From an uncultured delta proteobacterium (lineage in GTDB: Bacteria > Myxococcota > Myxococcia > Myxococcales > Anaeromyxobacteraceae), in the NCBI GenBank assembly GCA_963845515.1, contig CAWJSR010000058.1, forward strand, positions 1 through 64,000: a DNA stretch of 64,000 nt, written 5' to 3'. The position numbers were made by a program, and so were the translations under genes. The notes beneath the pieces were generated by a model. That model was not told the origin of the DNA. It ran no database searches and was given only the letters and a program-made list of their open reading frames with translations. Shown here piece after piece: positions 28,268 to 38,794 of the stretch; position 1 is the first letter of the stretch, and each line of letters begins with the position of its first letter.

Positions 28268-29980
28268 ATGGGCAAGCTCATCACCATCGACCCCATCTCC
28301 CGCATCGAGGGCCACCTCCGCATCGACGTGGAGGTGGACGGCGGCGCGATCCGCAAGGCCTGGTCCAGCGGCACCATGTGGCGTGGGATCGAGACGATCC
28401 TGCAGGGGCGCGACCCGCGCGACGCCTGGGTCTTCACCCAGCGGATCTGCGGCGTGTGCACGACGGTCCACGCCATCGCCTCGGTCCGCAGCGTGGAGAA
28501 CGCCCTCCAGCTGGAGGTCCCGCGCAACGCGCAGCTCATCCGCAACGTGATGATGGCGGCCCACTGCCTCCACGACCACGTCGTCCACTTCTACAACCTC
28601 TCGGCGCTCGACTGGGTCGACGTGGTCGACGCGCTCAAGGCGGATCCGGCGAAGGCCGCGCAGCTCGCCGACTCGATCTCGAGCTGGCCGGGCAACTCAC
28701 ACGACAAGCTGGCCGCGGTCCAGGCCAAGGTGAAGGACTTCGTCGCGAAGGGGCAGCTCGGCATCTTCCAGAATGGCTACTGGGGCCACCCGGCGATGCG
28801 GCTGCCGCCGGAGGTGAACCTCATCGCCGTCGCGCACTACCTGGAGGCGCTCGACATCCAGCGAAAGGCCAACCAGGCCGTCGCGATCCTCGGCGGCAAG
28901 ACCCCGAACATCCAGAACCTGGCGGTCGGCGGCGTCGCGAACGCCATCAACCTCGACAGCCCGTCCGCCCTGAACATGGAGCGGCTCTATCGGGTCAAGT
29001 CGCTGCTCGACGAGGTGACCGGCTTCGTCACGCAGTGCTACCTGCCGGACGTCGCGGCGATCGCCGGCTTCTACCCCGAGTGGCTCCAGTACGGCGCGGG
29101 GGTCACCAACTACCTCGCCACGCCGGACATGCCGACGGACGCGGGGATGAAGCAGTTCGATCTCCCCGGCGGCGTCATCCTCGCCGGCAAGCCTGGCGTC
29201 CAGAAGATCGAGGGCTGGAACGACCCCTACCTCAAGGCCAACGTCACCGAGTCGATCGCCCGCTCCTGGTACGACGGCAACTGGCAGCGGGGGCCGTGGG
29301 AGGAGGAGACCGTCCCGAAGTTCACCGGCGAGTGGAAGCAGGAGACGCCCGCGCCGGAGCGCTACAGCTGGTCCAAGGCGCCCCGGCTCGAGGGGAAGCC
29401 GATGCAGGTGGGCCCCCTCGCGCAGGTCCTCGTGGGCTTCCTCACCGGTCACGAGCTCACGGTGAAGTGGGTGAAGGCCGCCCAGGCGGCGGTGAAGGCG
29501 ATCCACAAGTTCGACCTCCAGCCGCAGCACCTCCACTCGACGCTCGGCCGCCACGCCGCCCGCGCGATCCGCGCGTGCATGATGACCGAGCTCGCCCAGA
29601 CGCACTGGAAGCTCCTGGTCGAGAACATCGGGAAGGGGGACACGGAGATCTTCCGGCCCTTCGAGTTCCCCAAGGGGGAGATCCGCGGCGTCGGGTTCCA
29701 CGAGGCGCCGCGGGGCATCCTCTCGCACTGGACCGTCATCAAGGACGGCAAGATCAAGAACTACCAGTGCGTCGTCCCGTCCACCTGGAACGCGGGCCCG
29801 CGAGACGGGAAGGATCAGCCTGGACCGTACGAGGCCTCGCTCGTCGGCAACCCCATCGCCGACCCGAACCTCCCGCTGGAGGCTCTCCGGACCATCCACT
29901 CCTTCGACCCGTGCCTCGCGTGCGCGATCCACACCACCGACGTCGAGGGGCAGGAGATCGCCCGGGTGAAGGTGCTCTGA
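28268..29980 (+). CDS. hybC: [NiFe] hydrogenase large subunit (group 1c/Hyb type)
   Basis: RIEGH, RICGVC, DPCLACAIH plus cleavable C-terminal tail. Confidence 0.95.
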   Translation: MGKLITIDPISRIEGHLRIDVEVDGGAIRKAWSSGTMWRGIETILQGRDPRDAWVFTQRICGVCTTVHAIASVRSVENALQLEVPRNAQLIRNVMMAAHCLHDHVVHFYNLSALDWVDVVDALKADPAKAAQLADSISSWPGNSHDKLAAVQAKVKDFVAKGQLGIFQNGYWGHPAMRLPPEVNLIAVAHYLEALDIQRKANQAVAILGGKTPNIQNLAVGGVANAINLDSPSALNMERLYRVKSLLDEVTGFVTQCYLPDVAAIAGFYPEWLQYGAGVTNYLATPDMPTDAGMKQFDLPGGVILAGKPGVQKIEGWNDPYLKANVTESIARSWYDGNWQRGPWEEETVPKFTGEWKQETPAPERYSWSKAPRLEGKPMQVGPLAQVLVGFLTGHELTVKWVKAAQAAVKAIHKFDLQPQHLHSTLGRHAARAIRACMMTELAQTHWKLLVENIGKGDTEIFRPFEFPKGEIRGVGFHEAPRGILSHWTVIKDGKIKNYQCVVPSTWNAGPRDGKDQPGPYEASLVGNPIADPNLPLEALRTIHSFDPCLACAIHTTDVEGQEIARVKVL

Positions 29981-30550
29981 GTGGGGCGAGGTGGCACCGC
30001 AGCGGGGCGGGGCGGCACGCCCCGTGGAGCAGGCGTCCTCGGAATCGGTAACGTGCTCATGGGCGACGACGCCCTCGGGCCGTACGTGATCAAGCTGCTC
30101 GAGGCGGCCTGGGAGCCGGAGGACGGTCTTCAGCTCGTCGACGCGGGGACGCCAGGGCTGGACCTCACCGCGTACCTGGCGGAGCTGGACGCGGTGGTGG
30201 TCGTGGACGTGGTCAATGCCTCCGGTCCGCCCGGCGAGGTCAGGCTCTACGGCAAGGACGAGCTGGTGGAGCGCCCACCGATCCTCGCGATGAGCCCTCA
30301 CGAGCCCGGGCTGCGCGAGGCGATCATGAACGCCGACTTCCTGGGGGTCTCCCCGCGGGCCATCCGGCTCGTCGGCGTGATCCCGCAGAGCGTCGACTAC
30401 CGGCTGGGCCTCTCGGAGCCCGTCAGGGCGGCGCTGCCGCTCGTGCTCGAGCGGATCCGGCACGAGCTGGCGGCCGTCGGCGTCGCCCCGACCGCGCGCG
30501 CAGCGCCCCTGGCTCCCGACGTCTGGTGGGAGCGGAAGGCGAGCGCGTGA
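29981..30550 (+). CDS. hybD: Hydrogenase maturation protease (start uncertain)
   Basis: LGIGNVLMGDDALG, DAGTPG, SPHEPGL. Confidence 0.9.
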   Translation: MGRGGTAAGRGGTPRGAGVLGIGNVLMGDDALGPYVIKLLEAAWEPEDGLQLVDAGTPGLDLTAYLAELDAVVVVDVVNASGPPGEVRLYGKDELVERPPILAMSPHEPGLREAIMNADFLGVSPRAIRLVGVIPQSVDYRLGLSEPVRAALPLVLERIRHELAAVGVAPTARAAPLAPDVWWERKASA

Positions 30551-30578
30551 CGTGGCCCGCCCGGCCGGAGGGATCCGC

Positions 30579-32904
30579 GTGAGCGAGGGGCGCCGGCTGG
30601 TGCTCACCGGCACGGTGCAGGGGGTAGGCTACCGCCCCTTCGTGCTCCGGCTGGCGCGCGAGCTCGAGGTGTCGGGCCGCGTACGCAACGACGCCTCCGG
30701 GCTCACCGTCGAGGCCTTCGGACCGGCGGACCGGCTCGCGGCGCTCGAGCTGCGGTTGCGGTCCGAGCGGCCGCACGCTGCCCGGATCGAGACCTTCGCC
30801 GCGGAGTCGATCCCATGGGAGCCGGCGGCCGCCTTCGAGATCGTCGGGAGCGCGGCGACGACGGAGCGGCGCGTCCCCATCCCGCCCGACCTCGCGACCT
30901 GCCCCGACTGCCTCCGCGAGCTGGGCGATCCCGCCGACAGGCGCTTCCGCTACCCCTTCACCAACTGCACGAGCTGTGGCCCGCGCTTCACCATAGCGCT
31001 CGACGTCCCCTACGACCGGCCGGCCACCACGATGGCCGGCTTCCCCATGTGCGCGGACTGCGCGCGCGAGTATCGCGACCCCGCCGACCGCCGCTTCCAC
31101 GCCCAGCCGATCGCCTGCCCGGCCTGCGGACCCCGCGTCTCGTTGCACGGCGCCTCGGGCGCGCCGGTGGCCTGCCAGGACCCGATCACGGCCGCCGCGG
31201 GGGCGCTGCGGGACGGGCAGATCGTCGCGGTGAAGGGGATCGGCGGCTTCCACCTCGCGTGCGATGCGACCTCCTCCATGGCCGTCTCGCGGCTCCGCAC
31301 GCGGAAGGGGCGCGAGGAGAAGCCGCTGGCGGTCATGGTCGGGGGGCTCGACGCGGCCCGCGCCCTGGCCGGGCTCTCGGCGGAGGAGGAGGCGCTCCTG
31401 GCGTCGGTCGAGCGGCCGATCGTCCTCTGCTGCCGCCTCGCCGGCGCCGCGCTCGCCCCGGAGCTCGCGCCGGGCAGCCCGCTCGTCGGGCTGCTCCTGG
31501 CCTACTCGCCGCTCCACGCGCTGCTCCTGGAGGCGGCGGGGCGCCCGCTCGTGATGACGAGCGGCAACCTCACCGACGAGCCGATCGCCTTCGAGGACGA
31601 AGACGCGCTGGCGCGCCTGTCGGGCATCGCCGATCTCTTCCTGCTCCACGACCGCCCGATCGCGAGCCGGTGCGACGACTCGGTGGCGCGGATCGTCGCC
31701 GGGAAGCCGATGGTGATGCGCCGGGCCAGGGGCTGGGTCCCGCGCCCCATCCGGCTGGCGGCACGCGTCGGCCGGCCCGTCCTGGCCGCGGGCGCGCAGC
31801 TCAAGAACGCGGTCTGCATCGCGCGCGGCGACGAGGCGGTCCTGGGATCCCACGCCGGCGACCTCGACGACCTCGCGACGTACGGTGCGTGGGAGGCGGC
31901 CATCGCGCGGCTGGAGCGCTTCCTCGGCGTCCGGCCCGAGCTCCTCGCCTGCGATCTCCACCCGCTCTACCTCTCGACGCGCTACGCGCGGGAGCGGGCC
32001 GCGTCGCTCGGCGCGCAGCTCGTGGAGGTGCAGCACCACCACGCCCACGCCGTGAGCGCCATGGCGGAGCACCGGCTCTCCGAGCCGGTCATCGCGCTCG
32101 CGTGGGACGGCACGGGGCTCGGCACGGACGGGGCGGCGTGGGGCGGCGAGCTGCTGCTCGCCTGGCGCGATCGCTTCGAGCGGCTCGGGACGTTCCGACC
32201 GGTGGCGCTCGCGGGCGGAGACCGGGCGATCCGCGAGCCCTGGCGCGTCGCGCTCGCCGCGCTGCTCGACGCCTTCGACGGCGACGCGCCGCTCGATCGT
32301 CTCGCTGCCTTCGCGTCGATCGACGCGAAGGAGCTGGAGGTCGTCCGCAGGATGGTCGTGGGCTCCGTGAACGCGCCGCTGGCCCATGGCGTGGGGACGG
32401 ATCTTCGACGCCGCCGGGGCGCTGGTGCTCGGGCGCGCGATCTCCCGCTTCGAGGGGCAGGTCGCGCTCGCGCTCGACGCAGCCCACCCCGCGGGACTTC
32501 CCCTCTCCCCCACCGGGGGAGAGGGACAGGGTGAGGGGGCATACCCCTTCGACCTCTCTGGCGACGCGCTCCGGACCGTGGACCTTCGCCCTCTCTGGCG
32601 TGCCCTCACCGCCGACGTCCTCGCGGGCGCCCGCCCCGGCCTCGTCTCCGCCCGCTTCCACGCCGCGCTCTCCTCGGCGGGGGCCGCGCTCATCCGCGAG
32701 GCGAGGGCCACGCACGGTGACCTCCCGGTCGTCCTGACCGGCGGCTGCTTCCAGAACGCACATCTGGCCGAAGGGGTCTTGGGGGCGCTAGGCGGCGCCT
32801 CCTATATTCACCTTCACGGCTCGGTCCCGCCCGGCGACGGCGGGCTCGCGCTCGGGCAGGCGCTCGCCGCCGACGCGATCGCGGTGCGGCGCCACGGCGC
32901 CTAG
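30579..32904 (+). CDS. hypF: Carbamoyltransferase HypF (one +1 frameshift near 32397)
   Basis: GTVQGVGYRP, two zinc fingers, KGIGGFHL, QHHHAH, DGTG; GRIFDA, TGGCFQN and PPGDGGLALGQ in ORF 32386-32904. Confidence 0.9.
32500..32539 (+). repeat. REP-like palindromic element inside hypF
   Basis: cccctctcccccaccgggggagaggg-acagggtgagggg; 26-bp core identical to the intergenic copy at 55433. Confidence 0.85.
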
Positions 32905-32916
32905 AGGAGAAGAGCG

Positions 32917-33204
32917 ATGTGCCTAGGTGTCCCAGGGAAGGTCCTCTCGATCGACGGGCTCGACGCCACGGTCGACTTCTTCGGCGTCAGGAAGCAGCTG
33001 CGGCTCGACATCGTCGACGAGCCGGTCTCGGTCGGCGACTACGTCCTGAACCACGTGGGCTTCGCCATCCGGCGGATCCCTCCGGAGGAGGTGCAGGAGA
33101 CGCTCGCGCTCTTCGACCAGATCCTCGACGTGACCGGCGCCAGGGAGGACCTGATGGCGCTCGACGTGAAGGGCGAGATCGCCTCGGGCAAGGACGGGGT
33201 GTGA
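32917..33204 (+). CDS. hypC: Hydrogenase maturation chaperone HypC
   Basis: MCLGVPGK, GDYVLNHVGFAI. Confidence 0.95.
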   Translation: MCLGVPGKVLSIDGLDATVDFFGVRKQLRLDIVDEPVSVGDYVLNHVGFAIRRIPPEEVQETLALFDQILDVTGAREDLMALDVKGEIASGKDGV

Positions 33205-34340
33205 CCGCTCCCGGAGATCCCACGCTGGAGCTCAAGTTCCGCGACCCCGCGCGGGCGCGCGCGCTCGCCGACGCGCTCGGCCGGGTGGTCGCGGCGCTCG
33301 GCCGCCCGATCCAGGTGATGCACGTCTGCGGCAGCCACGAGCAGGCGATCGCCCGCTTCGGCCTCCGCGCCCTCTTCCCGCCCGGGCTCACGCTCATCAT
33401 GGGGCCCGGCTGCCCGGTCTGCGTCACCGACGCCCCCGAGGTGGACGAGGCGGTCGCGCTGACCCGGCTGGGCGTCCGCGTCTGCACCTACGGGGACATG
33501 CTTCGCCTCCCTGGGACCGCCCTCTCGCTCGCCGACGCGGTGGCCTCCGGCGCCAAGGTGGACGTCGTCTACTCGGTGTCGCACGCCGCCGAGATCGCCC
33601 GCCAACACCCGGCCGAGGAGGTCGTCTTCTTCGCCTCCGGGTTCGAGACGACCGCCGTGGCGACCGCGGCGGTGGCGCTCGCCGCTCCGCCGGAGAACTT
33701 CTCGATCCTCTCGGTGCACAAGTACGTCCCGGCCGCCATGGAGGTGGTCGCGCAGAACCGCGAGACCCGGATCGACGGCTTCGTCGCCGCCGGCCACGCC
33801 GCCATCATCACCGGCTGGGAGATCTTCGAGCCCTTCGCCGCGCGGACCGGGAAGCCGGTCGTGGTCGCGGGCTTCGAGCCGCTGGACATCCTCGCCGCCG
33901 TGCTGAAGCTGGTCGAGATGATCGGGGCTGGAGAGCACGGGGTGTTCAACGCCTACCCGCGCTGCGTGACGCCCGGAGGGAACCTCCCCGCGCAGGCCTC
34001 GCTCTGGAAGGTCTTCGAGCCGCGCGACGGCGTCTGGCGGGGGATCGCCACGGTGAAGGGCGGCAACCTCGACCTGCGACCCGCCTTCGCCCGCCTGGAC
34101 GCCCGGCGCAGGTTCAGCATCGACACCGCGCAGGTCCGGGATCCGGAGGCGGCGGGGCGCACGACCCTCTGCCGCTGCGGTGAGATCATGCTCGGGCTCG
34201 CGAAGCCCACGGAGTGCACGCTGTACGGCAACGGCTGCGTCCCCGAGGCGCCGGTCGGCGCCTGCATGGTCTCCTCCGAGGGGACGTGCCGCATCTGGCA
34301 CACCTACGGCGGCGTCCCCGACCTTCGAGAGGTCTCCTAG
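33201..34340 (+). CDS. hypD: Hydrogenase maturation protein HypD
   Basis: CGSH, GPGCPVC, GFETT, GACMVSSEGTC; GTGA overlap. Confidence 0.93.
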   Translation: MTAPGDPTLELKFRDPARARALADALGRVVAALGRPIQVMHVCGSHEQAIARFGLRALFPPGLTLIMGPGCPVCVTDAPEVDEAVALTRLGVRVCTYGDMLRLPGTALSLADAVASGAKVDVVYSVSHAAEIARQHPAEEVVFFASGFETTAVATAAVALAAPPENFSILSVHKYVPAAMEVVAQNRETRIDGFVAAGHAAIITGWEIFEPFAARTGKPVVVAGFEPLDILAAVLKLVEMIGAGEHGVFNAYPRCVTPGGNLPAQASLWKVFEPRDGVWRGIATVKGGNLDLRPAFARLDARRRFSIDTAQVRDPEAAGRTTLCRCGEIMLGLAKPTECTLYGNGCVPEAPVGACMVSSEGTCRIWHTYGGVPDLREVS

Positions 34341-35364
34341 ATGGACAAGCCGGTCTCGCGGATCCAGCTCAAGCACGGCTCCGGCGGGCGCGCCATGCGC
34401 CAGCTCATCGAGGAGGTCTTCCTGCGGCTGGCGTCGCCGGTGGACGGCATCGGCCTGGCCGCGCTCGACGACGGCGCTGCGCTGCGCGTGGGTGATCAGT
34501 GGCTGGTCATCACCACCGACTCGCACGTCGTCCAGCCCATCGCGTTCCCTGGCGGGGACATAGGGCGGCTCTCGATCTGCGGGACGGTGAACGACCTCGC
34601 GATGATGGGGGCCACCGAGCCGATGGGGCTCACCTGCGCCGCGATCATCGAGGACGGCTTCCCGCGCGACGCGCTCGAGCAGATCGTCGGGTCGATGAAG
34701 GCGGCCGCGGAGGAGGCGGGCGCCCCCATCGTCACCGGCGACACCAAGGTGATGGGGCGGGGCGAGGTGGACGGGATCGTCCTGAACACGACCGGCGTGG
34801 CACTCACGCGGCGAGTCGTCACCGACGCGGGGCTGCGCCCTGGCGACCGGCTCATCGTCACGGGGACGATCGGCGATCACGGCATGGCCATCATGTCGGT
34901 GCGGCACGACCTGGGGCTCGAGGGCGACCTGCGCTCCGACGTCGCCCCGCGTGAACGGCCTCGTCCGCGCCGCCCTGGCGGCAGGCGGCGACGACGTCGT
35001 GGCGCTCAAGGATCCGACCCGCGGCGGCCTCGCCTCGGTGCTCCACGAGATGGCGGCCAAGGGCGGGGTCGGGATCGTCCTCGACGAGACGGCGGTCCCG
35101 GTGAACGTCGAGGTCCGCGCGGCCTGCGAGATCCTCGGCGTCGACCCGCTCCTCGTCGCGAACGAGGGGAAGGCGGTCATCGGCGTGCGCGCCGGCGCGG
35201 TCGATCGCGTCCTCGCCGCGCTGCGGGCCCACCCGCTCGGCGCGCGCGCGGCGGTCGTGGCGACCGCGGTCGCGGAGCGGCCGGGGAGCGTCATCCTCGA
35301 CACGGGGATCGGACGCCGCATGCTGGCGGAGCCGGAGGGGGAGATCCTCCCGAGGATATGCTGA
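34341..35364 (+). CDS. hypE: Hydrogenase maturation protein HypE (one +1 frameshift near 34950)
   Basis: HGSGG, TTDS, GTVNDLA, GDTKV; then DPTRGG, ANEGK and C-terminal LPRIC in ORF 34951-35364. Confidence 0.9.
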
Positions 35365-35400
35365 TCGAACCCCCTCACCGATTCCTCCTCTGGACACCTT

Positions 35401-35437
35401 CCCTCTCCCTCATTGAGGGAGAGGGTCAGGGTGAGGG
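35401..35437 (+). repeat. REP-like palindromic element between hypE and hypA
   Basis: ccctctccctcattgagggagaggg-tcagggtgaggg. Confidence 0.8.
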
Positions 35438-35448
35438 AGAAGCCTTCC

Positions 35449-35793
35449 GTGCATGAATACTCCCTCGTCCAGTCGCTCGTGGAGCGCGTGGAGGCGGAGG
35501 CCGCGACGCGCGGCGCGCTCGCCATCCACCGCGTCTCGGTGAGGATCGGCGAGCTCTCAGGCGTTGATCCGGAGCTCTTCCAGACCGCGTACGACACCTT
35601 CCGGGAGGGGACCCTCTGCGCGAAGGCGCCGCTGGTCCTGGAGCGCGTCCCCGCCAGCTGGTCCTGCCCGCGCTGCGGCGCTCCCATCGCTCGCGGCGCC
35701 GCGCTGCGCTGCGTCCCCTGCGCCGTCCCGGCCCGGCTCGACGAAGGCGGGGACGCGCTGATGCTCAACGGTATCGAGATGGAGGTGGACTGA
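35449..35793 (+). CDS. hypA: Nickel metallochaperone HypA
   Basis: MHEYSL, GELSGV, two CxxC. Confidence 0.93.
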   Translation: MHEYSLVQSLVERVEAEAATRGALAIHRVSVRIGELSGVDPELFQTAYDTFREGTLCAKAPLVLERVPASWSCPRCGAPIARGAALRCVPCAVPARLDEGGDALMLNGIEMEVD

Positions 35794-35794
35794 G

Positions 35795-36538
35795 ATGTGC
35801 ACGACCTGCGGCTGTGGCCTCACGCCGGCGCTGGAGACCGAGCTCGTCCCGGTGGGGCTCTACGAGAAGATCCTGGCCGGGAACGATCGGACGGCGCGCC
35901 ACAACCGCGAGCACTTCCTCGCGCAGGGGATCCTGTCGGTGAACCTGATGGGGAGCCCCGGCGCAGGCAAGACGGCGGTCCTCGAGGCGACCTCGCGGGC
36001 GGCCGCTGGACGCGGCTGGAGGCTCGCAGCGGTCTCGGCCGATCTCGCCACCGACAACGACGCGCGCCGGCTGGAGGCGGCGGGGATCCCGTCGAGGGCC
36101 ATCACGACCGGGCAGGCGTGCCACCTCGACGCCGAGCTCGTCCACCGGTCGCTCCACGGCTTCGACCTCGACGGGGCGGACGTCCTCTTCATCGAGAACG
36201 TCGGCAACCTCGTCTGCCCGGCCATCTACGACCTCGGGCAGCGGGCCAACGTCGTCGTCCTCTCGATCGCCGAGGGCGAGGACAAGCCGCTCAAGTACCC
36301 CGTGATGTTCAGGGCGGCGGACCTGGTCCTCGTCTCCAAGACCGACCTCGCCGGCGTGCTCGGCGTCGACCTCGGACTGATCGAGGAGAACCTGGCCCGG
36401 GTGATGCCGCGCCCGCGCGCCATCAGGCTCTCCGCGCGGACCGGCGAGGGGATGGCCGAGTGGGTGGCGTGGCTGGCAGAGCTGAAGCAGTCGCTCCCGC
36501 AGGGCGCGCCACCTCCACGACCGAAGGCCGGTCGCTGA
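35795..36538 (+). CDS. hypB: Nickel-incorporation GTPase HypB
   Basis: MCTTCGC, GSPGAGKT, CHLDA, ENVGNLVCP, DKPLKYP. Confidence 0.95.
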   Translation: MCTTCGCGLTPALETELVPVGLYEKILAGNDRTARHNREHFLAQGILSVNLMGSPGAGKTAVLEATSRAAAGRGWRLAAVSADLATDNDARRLEAAGIPSRAITTGQACHLDAELVHRSLHGFDLDGADVLFIENVGNLVCPAIYDLGQRANVVVLSIAEGEDKPLKYPVMFRAADLVLVSKTDLAGVLGVDLGLIEENLARVMPRPRAIRLSARTGEGMAEWVAWLAELKQSLPQGAPPPRPKAGR

Positions 36539-36655
36539 CGGCCAGGGCGGCGTCGCGTCATTCACTCGGAGTCACCCGGGCCGCGCCCCCCTGTGCAGGC
36601 CGCATCGGGTGCGCTAGAAGCTTCGAGTGGGCTGGTGGAGGCGAGGTCGCGCGCA

Positions 36656-38005
36656 GTGGAGCATGAATCCCGCACATCCTGGCTCTTCCTGATCGACTGG
36701 GGCGTCGTCGCGCTGACGCTCACGTCGGCGGGCGCCTCGGCCTTCGCGGCGCTGATCGCCTTCAACCACGACGACACCTCGACGATGGCCGAGGCCGTGC
36801 TCGCCTTCTGGGCCGCCATCGGCGCCGCCTGGCTGGGGCGGAAGGCGGCGCGCGCGGCGAGGAGCTGGCAGGCGGAGCTCGTCTCCTGGCACGGCAACGA
36901 CATCGTCCTCCTGCTCGAGCCCGATCTCCGCATCCTCGACACGAACGACCGCGCGGCCGAGGCCTTCAAGCAGTCGCGCGACTCCCTCCTCGGGCGCTAT
37001 GCCGGTGAGCTCCGGCACCCGGACGCCTCCGACCGCCTCGACGCCCACCTCGACGAGCTGCAGGCGAGAGGGCGGGCGCTCTTCGAGACGGTCCTGCTGC
37101 GCGCCGACGGCACCTCGTTCCCTGCCGAGGTGAGCGCGAGGGTCGTCGTGATGCGCGGGCGCAGGCTCCTGCACCTGATCGCCCGCGACGTGACCGACGC
37201 CCACACCGCCCGCGCCCGGCTCGTCGCCGCGGAGCGGCTGGCCGCCGTTGGCTCGGTGGCCGCGGGGATGGCTCACGACATCAACAACCCGCTCTGCAGC
37301 GTGCTCGGGAACGTCGGCTTCGCCGCGGAGGCGCTCGAGGACTCGAACCCCGACCTGAGTGAGATCCGTCAGGCCCTGGTCGAGGCGGGGGACTCCGCGA
37401 GGCGGGTCCGCGACCTCATCCGCGACCTGAACGCGTTCTCCAACGGCTTCGGCGACGGCGAAGGGTCGGCGGACCTGGGAGCGGCCATAGCGGAGGCCGT
37501 CGACGCCACCCGCGAGCAGACCGCGGAGCGGTGCCGTGTGACGATCGACGTGCCGGAGCAGTCGATGGTCGCGGCACCGGCGGGGCGGCTCGCGCAGGTC
37601 TTCACCAGCATCGTGCGGGGGGCCGCGCAGGCGATGCCAGTGGGGACGCCCGCGCTCCACACGATCCGGATCGTGGCGCGCAGGACGGATCCGCTCCGGT
37701 TCCTGGTCGACGTGACCGACGACGGCCCGCTCATCAACCCGCCAGGCACCCCACCGCCCATCGAGCCCTTCTACGGCCAGCAGCGGGTCGGGCGCGGAGG
37801 CGGCGCGGGGCTCTCCGCGGTGATGGGGATGGTCCGGGCGGTCGGCGGGGACGTGGTCGCCGAGAGCACGCCCGGACGCGGCAACGTCATCCGCGTGATG
37901 CTCCCGGCCGAAGGCGGCGCCGGCCAGGCGACGGTCGCGCCCGGAGCCGCCTGGCCGCGGCTTGGACCCTCGCGGACCCCGTCGCCAGGGGACCTGCGGA
38001 ACTGA
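36656..38005 (+). CDS. PAS sensor histidine kinase with degenerate ATPase domain
   Basis: Two TM helices, PAS, AHDINNPL H-box; N/G1/F/G2 boxes eroded. Confidence 0.8.
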   Translation: MEHESRTSWLFLIDWGVVALTLTSAGASAFAALIAFNHDDTSTMAEAVLAFWAAIGAAWLGRKAARAARSWQAELVSWHGNDIVLLLEPDLRILDTNDRAAEAFKQSRDSLLGRYAGELRHPDASDRLDAHLDELQARGRALFETVLLRADGTSFPAEVSARVVVMRGRRLLHLIARDVTDAHTARARLVAAERLAAVGSVAAGMAHDINNPLCSVLGNVGFAAEALEDSNPDLSEIRQALVEAGDSARRVRDLIRDLNAFSNGFGDGEGSADLGAAIAEAVDATREQTAERCRVTIDVPEQSMVAAPAGRLAQVFTSIVRGAAQAMPVGTPALHTIRIVARRTDPLRFLVDVTDDGPLINPPGTPPPIEPFYGQQRVGRGGGAGLSAVMGMVRAVGGDVVAESTPGRGNVIRVMLPAEGGAGQATVAPGAAWPRLGPSRTPSPGDLRN

Positions 38006-38008
38006 GCC

Positions 38009-38794
38009 TCAGGCCGGCTCGCTCCCCTCCCCCGCTCCACTCCCCCCGGCCCTGTCGGTGGCCCGCGGCTCGCGCGCCGCGCCCGGCAGCTCGGCGGCGA
38101 TGCGACGACGGACCTCGTCTCGCACCTTCACGGCGTCCTCCGGCCGCAGCCCGGCCGTCGGGACCGGCTCCAGGATCCGGGCCCAGGCCTCGCACGGGCG
38201 GACCCACGGGCTCCCCTTGGGCATGCCGGCAGCGGTCCCGTTGAGGGCGACCGGCAGGACCGGCACCCCAGTCTCGATCGCCAGCCGGAACGCGCCCGAC
38301 TTGAACGGCAGGAGCCGCCCGTCGCGCGAGCGGGTCCCCTCCGCGAAGACCATGACCGGCACGCCGCGGGCGAGGTAGCCGCGCGCCCTGCCCAGCGCCT
38401 CCAGGCCGCTGTCGCGCTCGCCGCGGCGGATCGCGATGTCACCGGACATCCGGAGCATCCAGCCGATCCACGGGACGCGGAACAGCTCCTCCTTGGCGAT
38501 CCACTTCATCTCGCGCGGCATGTGCGACAGCAGGAGGATGTCGAGGATCGACTGATGGTTCGCGACGACGACGTAGGCGCCGCCGGCAGCAGGCCAGCGC
38601 CCCTCCACGCGGAGCTTCCACGGCGGGTAGCAGCCCGCGATCCGGCGCCCGAGCCAGCGCAGGAAGCGTCCGGTCACGAGGCGGCCCGGATCGAACGGGG
38701 CCGTGAGCGCGAAGAGGAGCGCCTGGATGGGCAGCGACACCGCCAGGAGGAGCGCGACCGCGACGTAGCCGACGGCGGCGATGAGCGAGTTCAC
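38009..38794 (-). CDS. 1-acyl-sn-glycerol-3-phosphate acyltransferase (PlsC family)
   Basis: NHQSILD, AKEELF, FAEGTRS, FKSGAF. Confidence 0.9.
   Translation of the reverse strand: MNSLIAAVGYVAVALLLAVSLPIQALLFALTAPFDPGRLVTGRFLRWLGRRIAGCYPPWKLRVEGRWPAAGGAYVVVANHQSILDILLLSHMPREMKWIAKEELFRVPWIGWMLRMSGDIAIRRGERDSGLEALGRARGYLARGVPVMVFAEGTRSRDGRLLPFKSGAFRLAIETGVPVLPVALNGTAAGMPKGSPWVRPCEAWARILEPVPTAGLRPEDAVKVRDEVRRRIAAELPGAAREPRATDRAGGSGAGEGSEPA

Noticed and set aside
29899..29935. Possible [NiFeSe] hydrogenase
   Set aside because: The C-terminal motif is DPCLAC with TGC codons and no UGA
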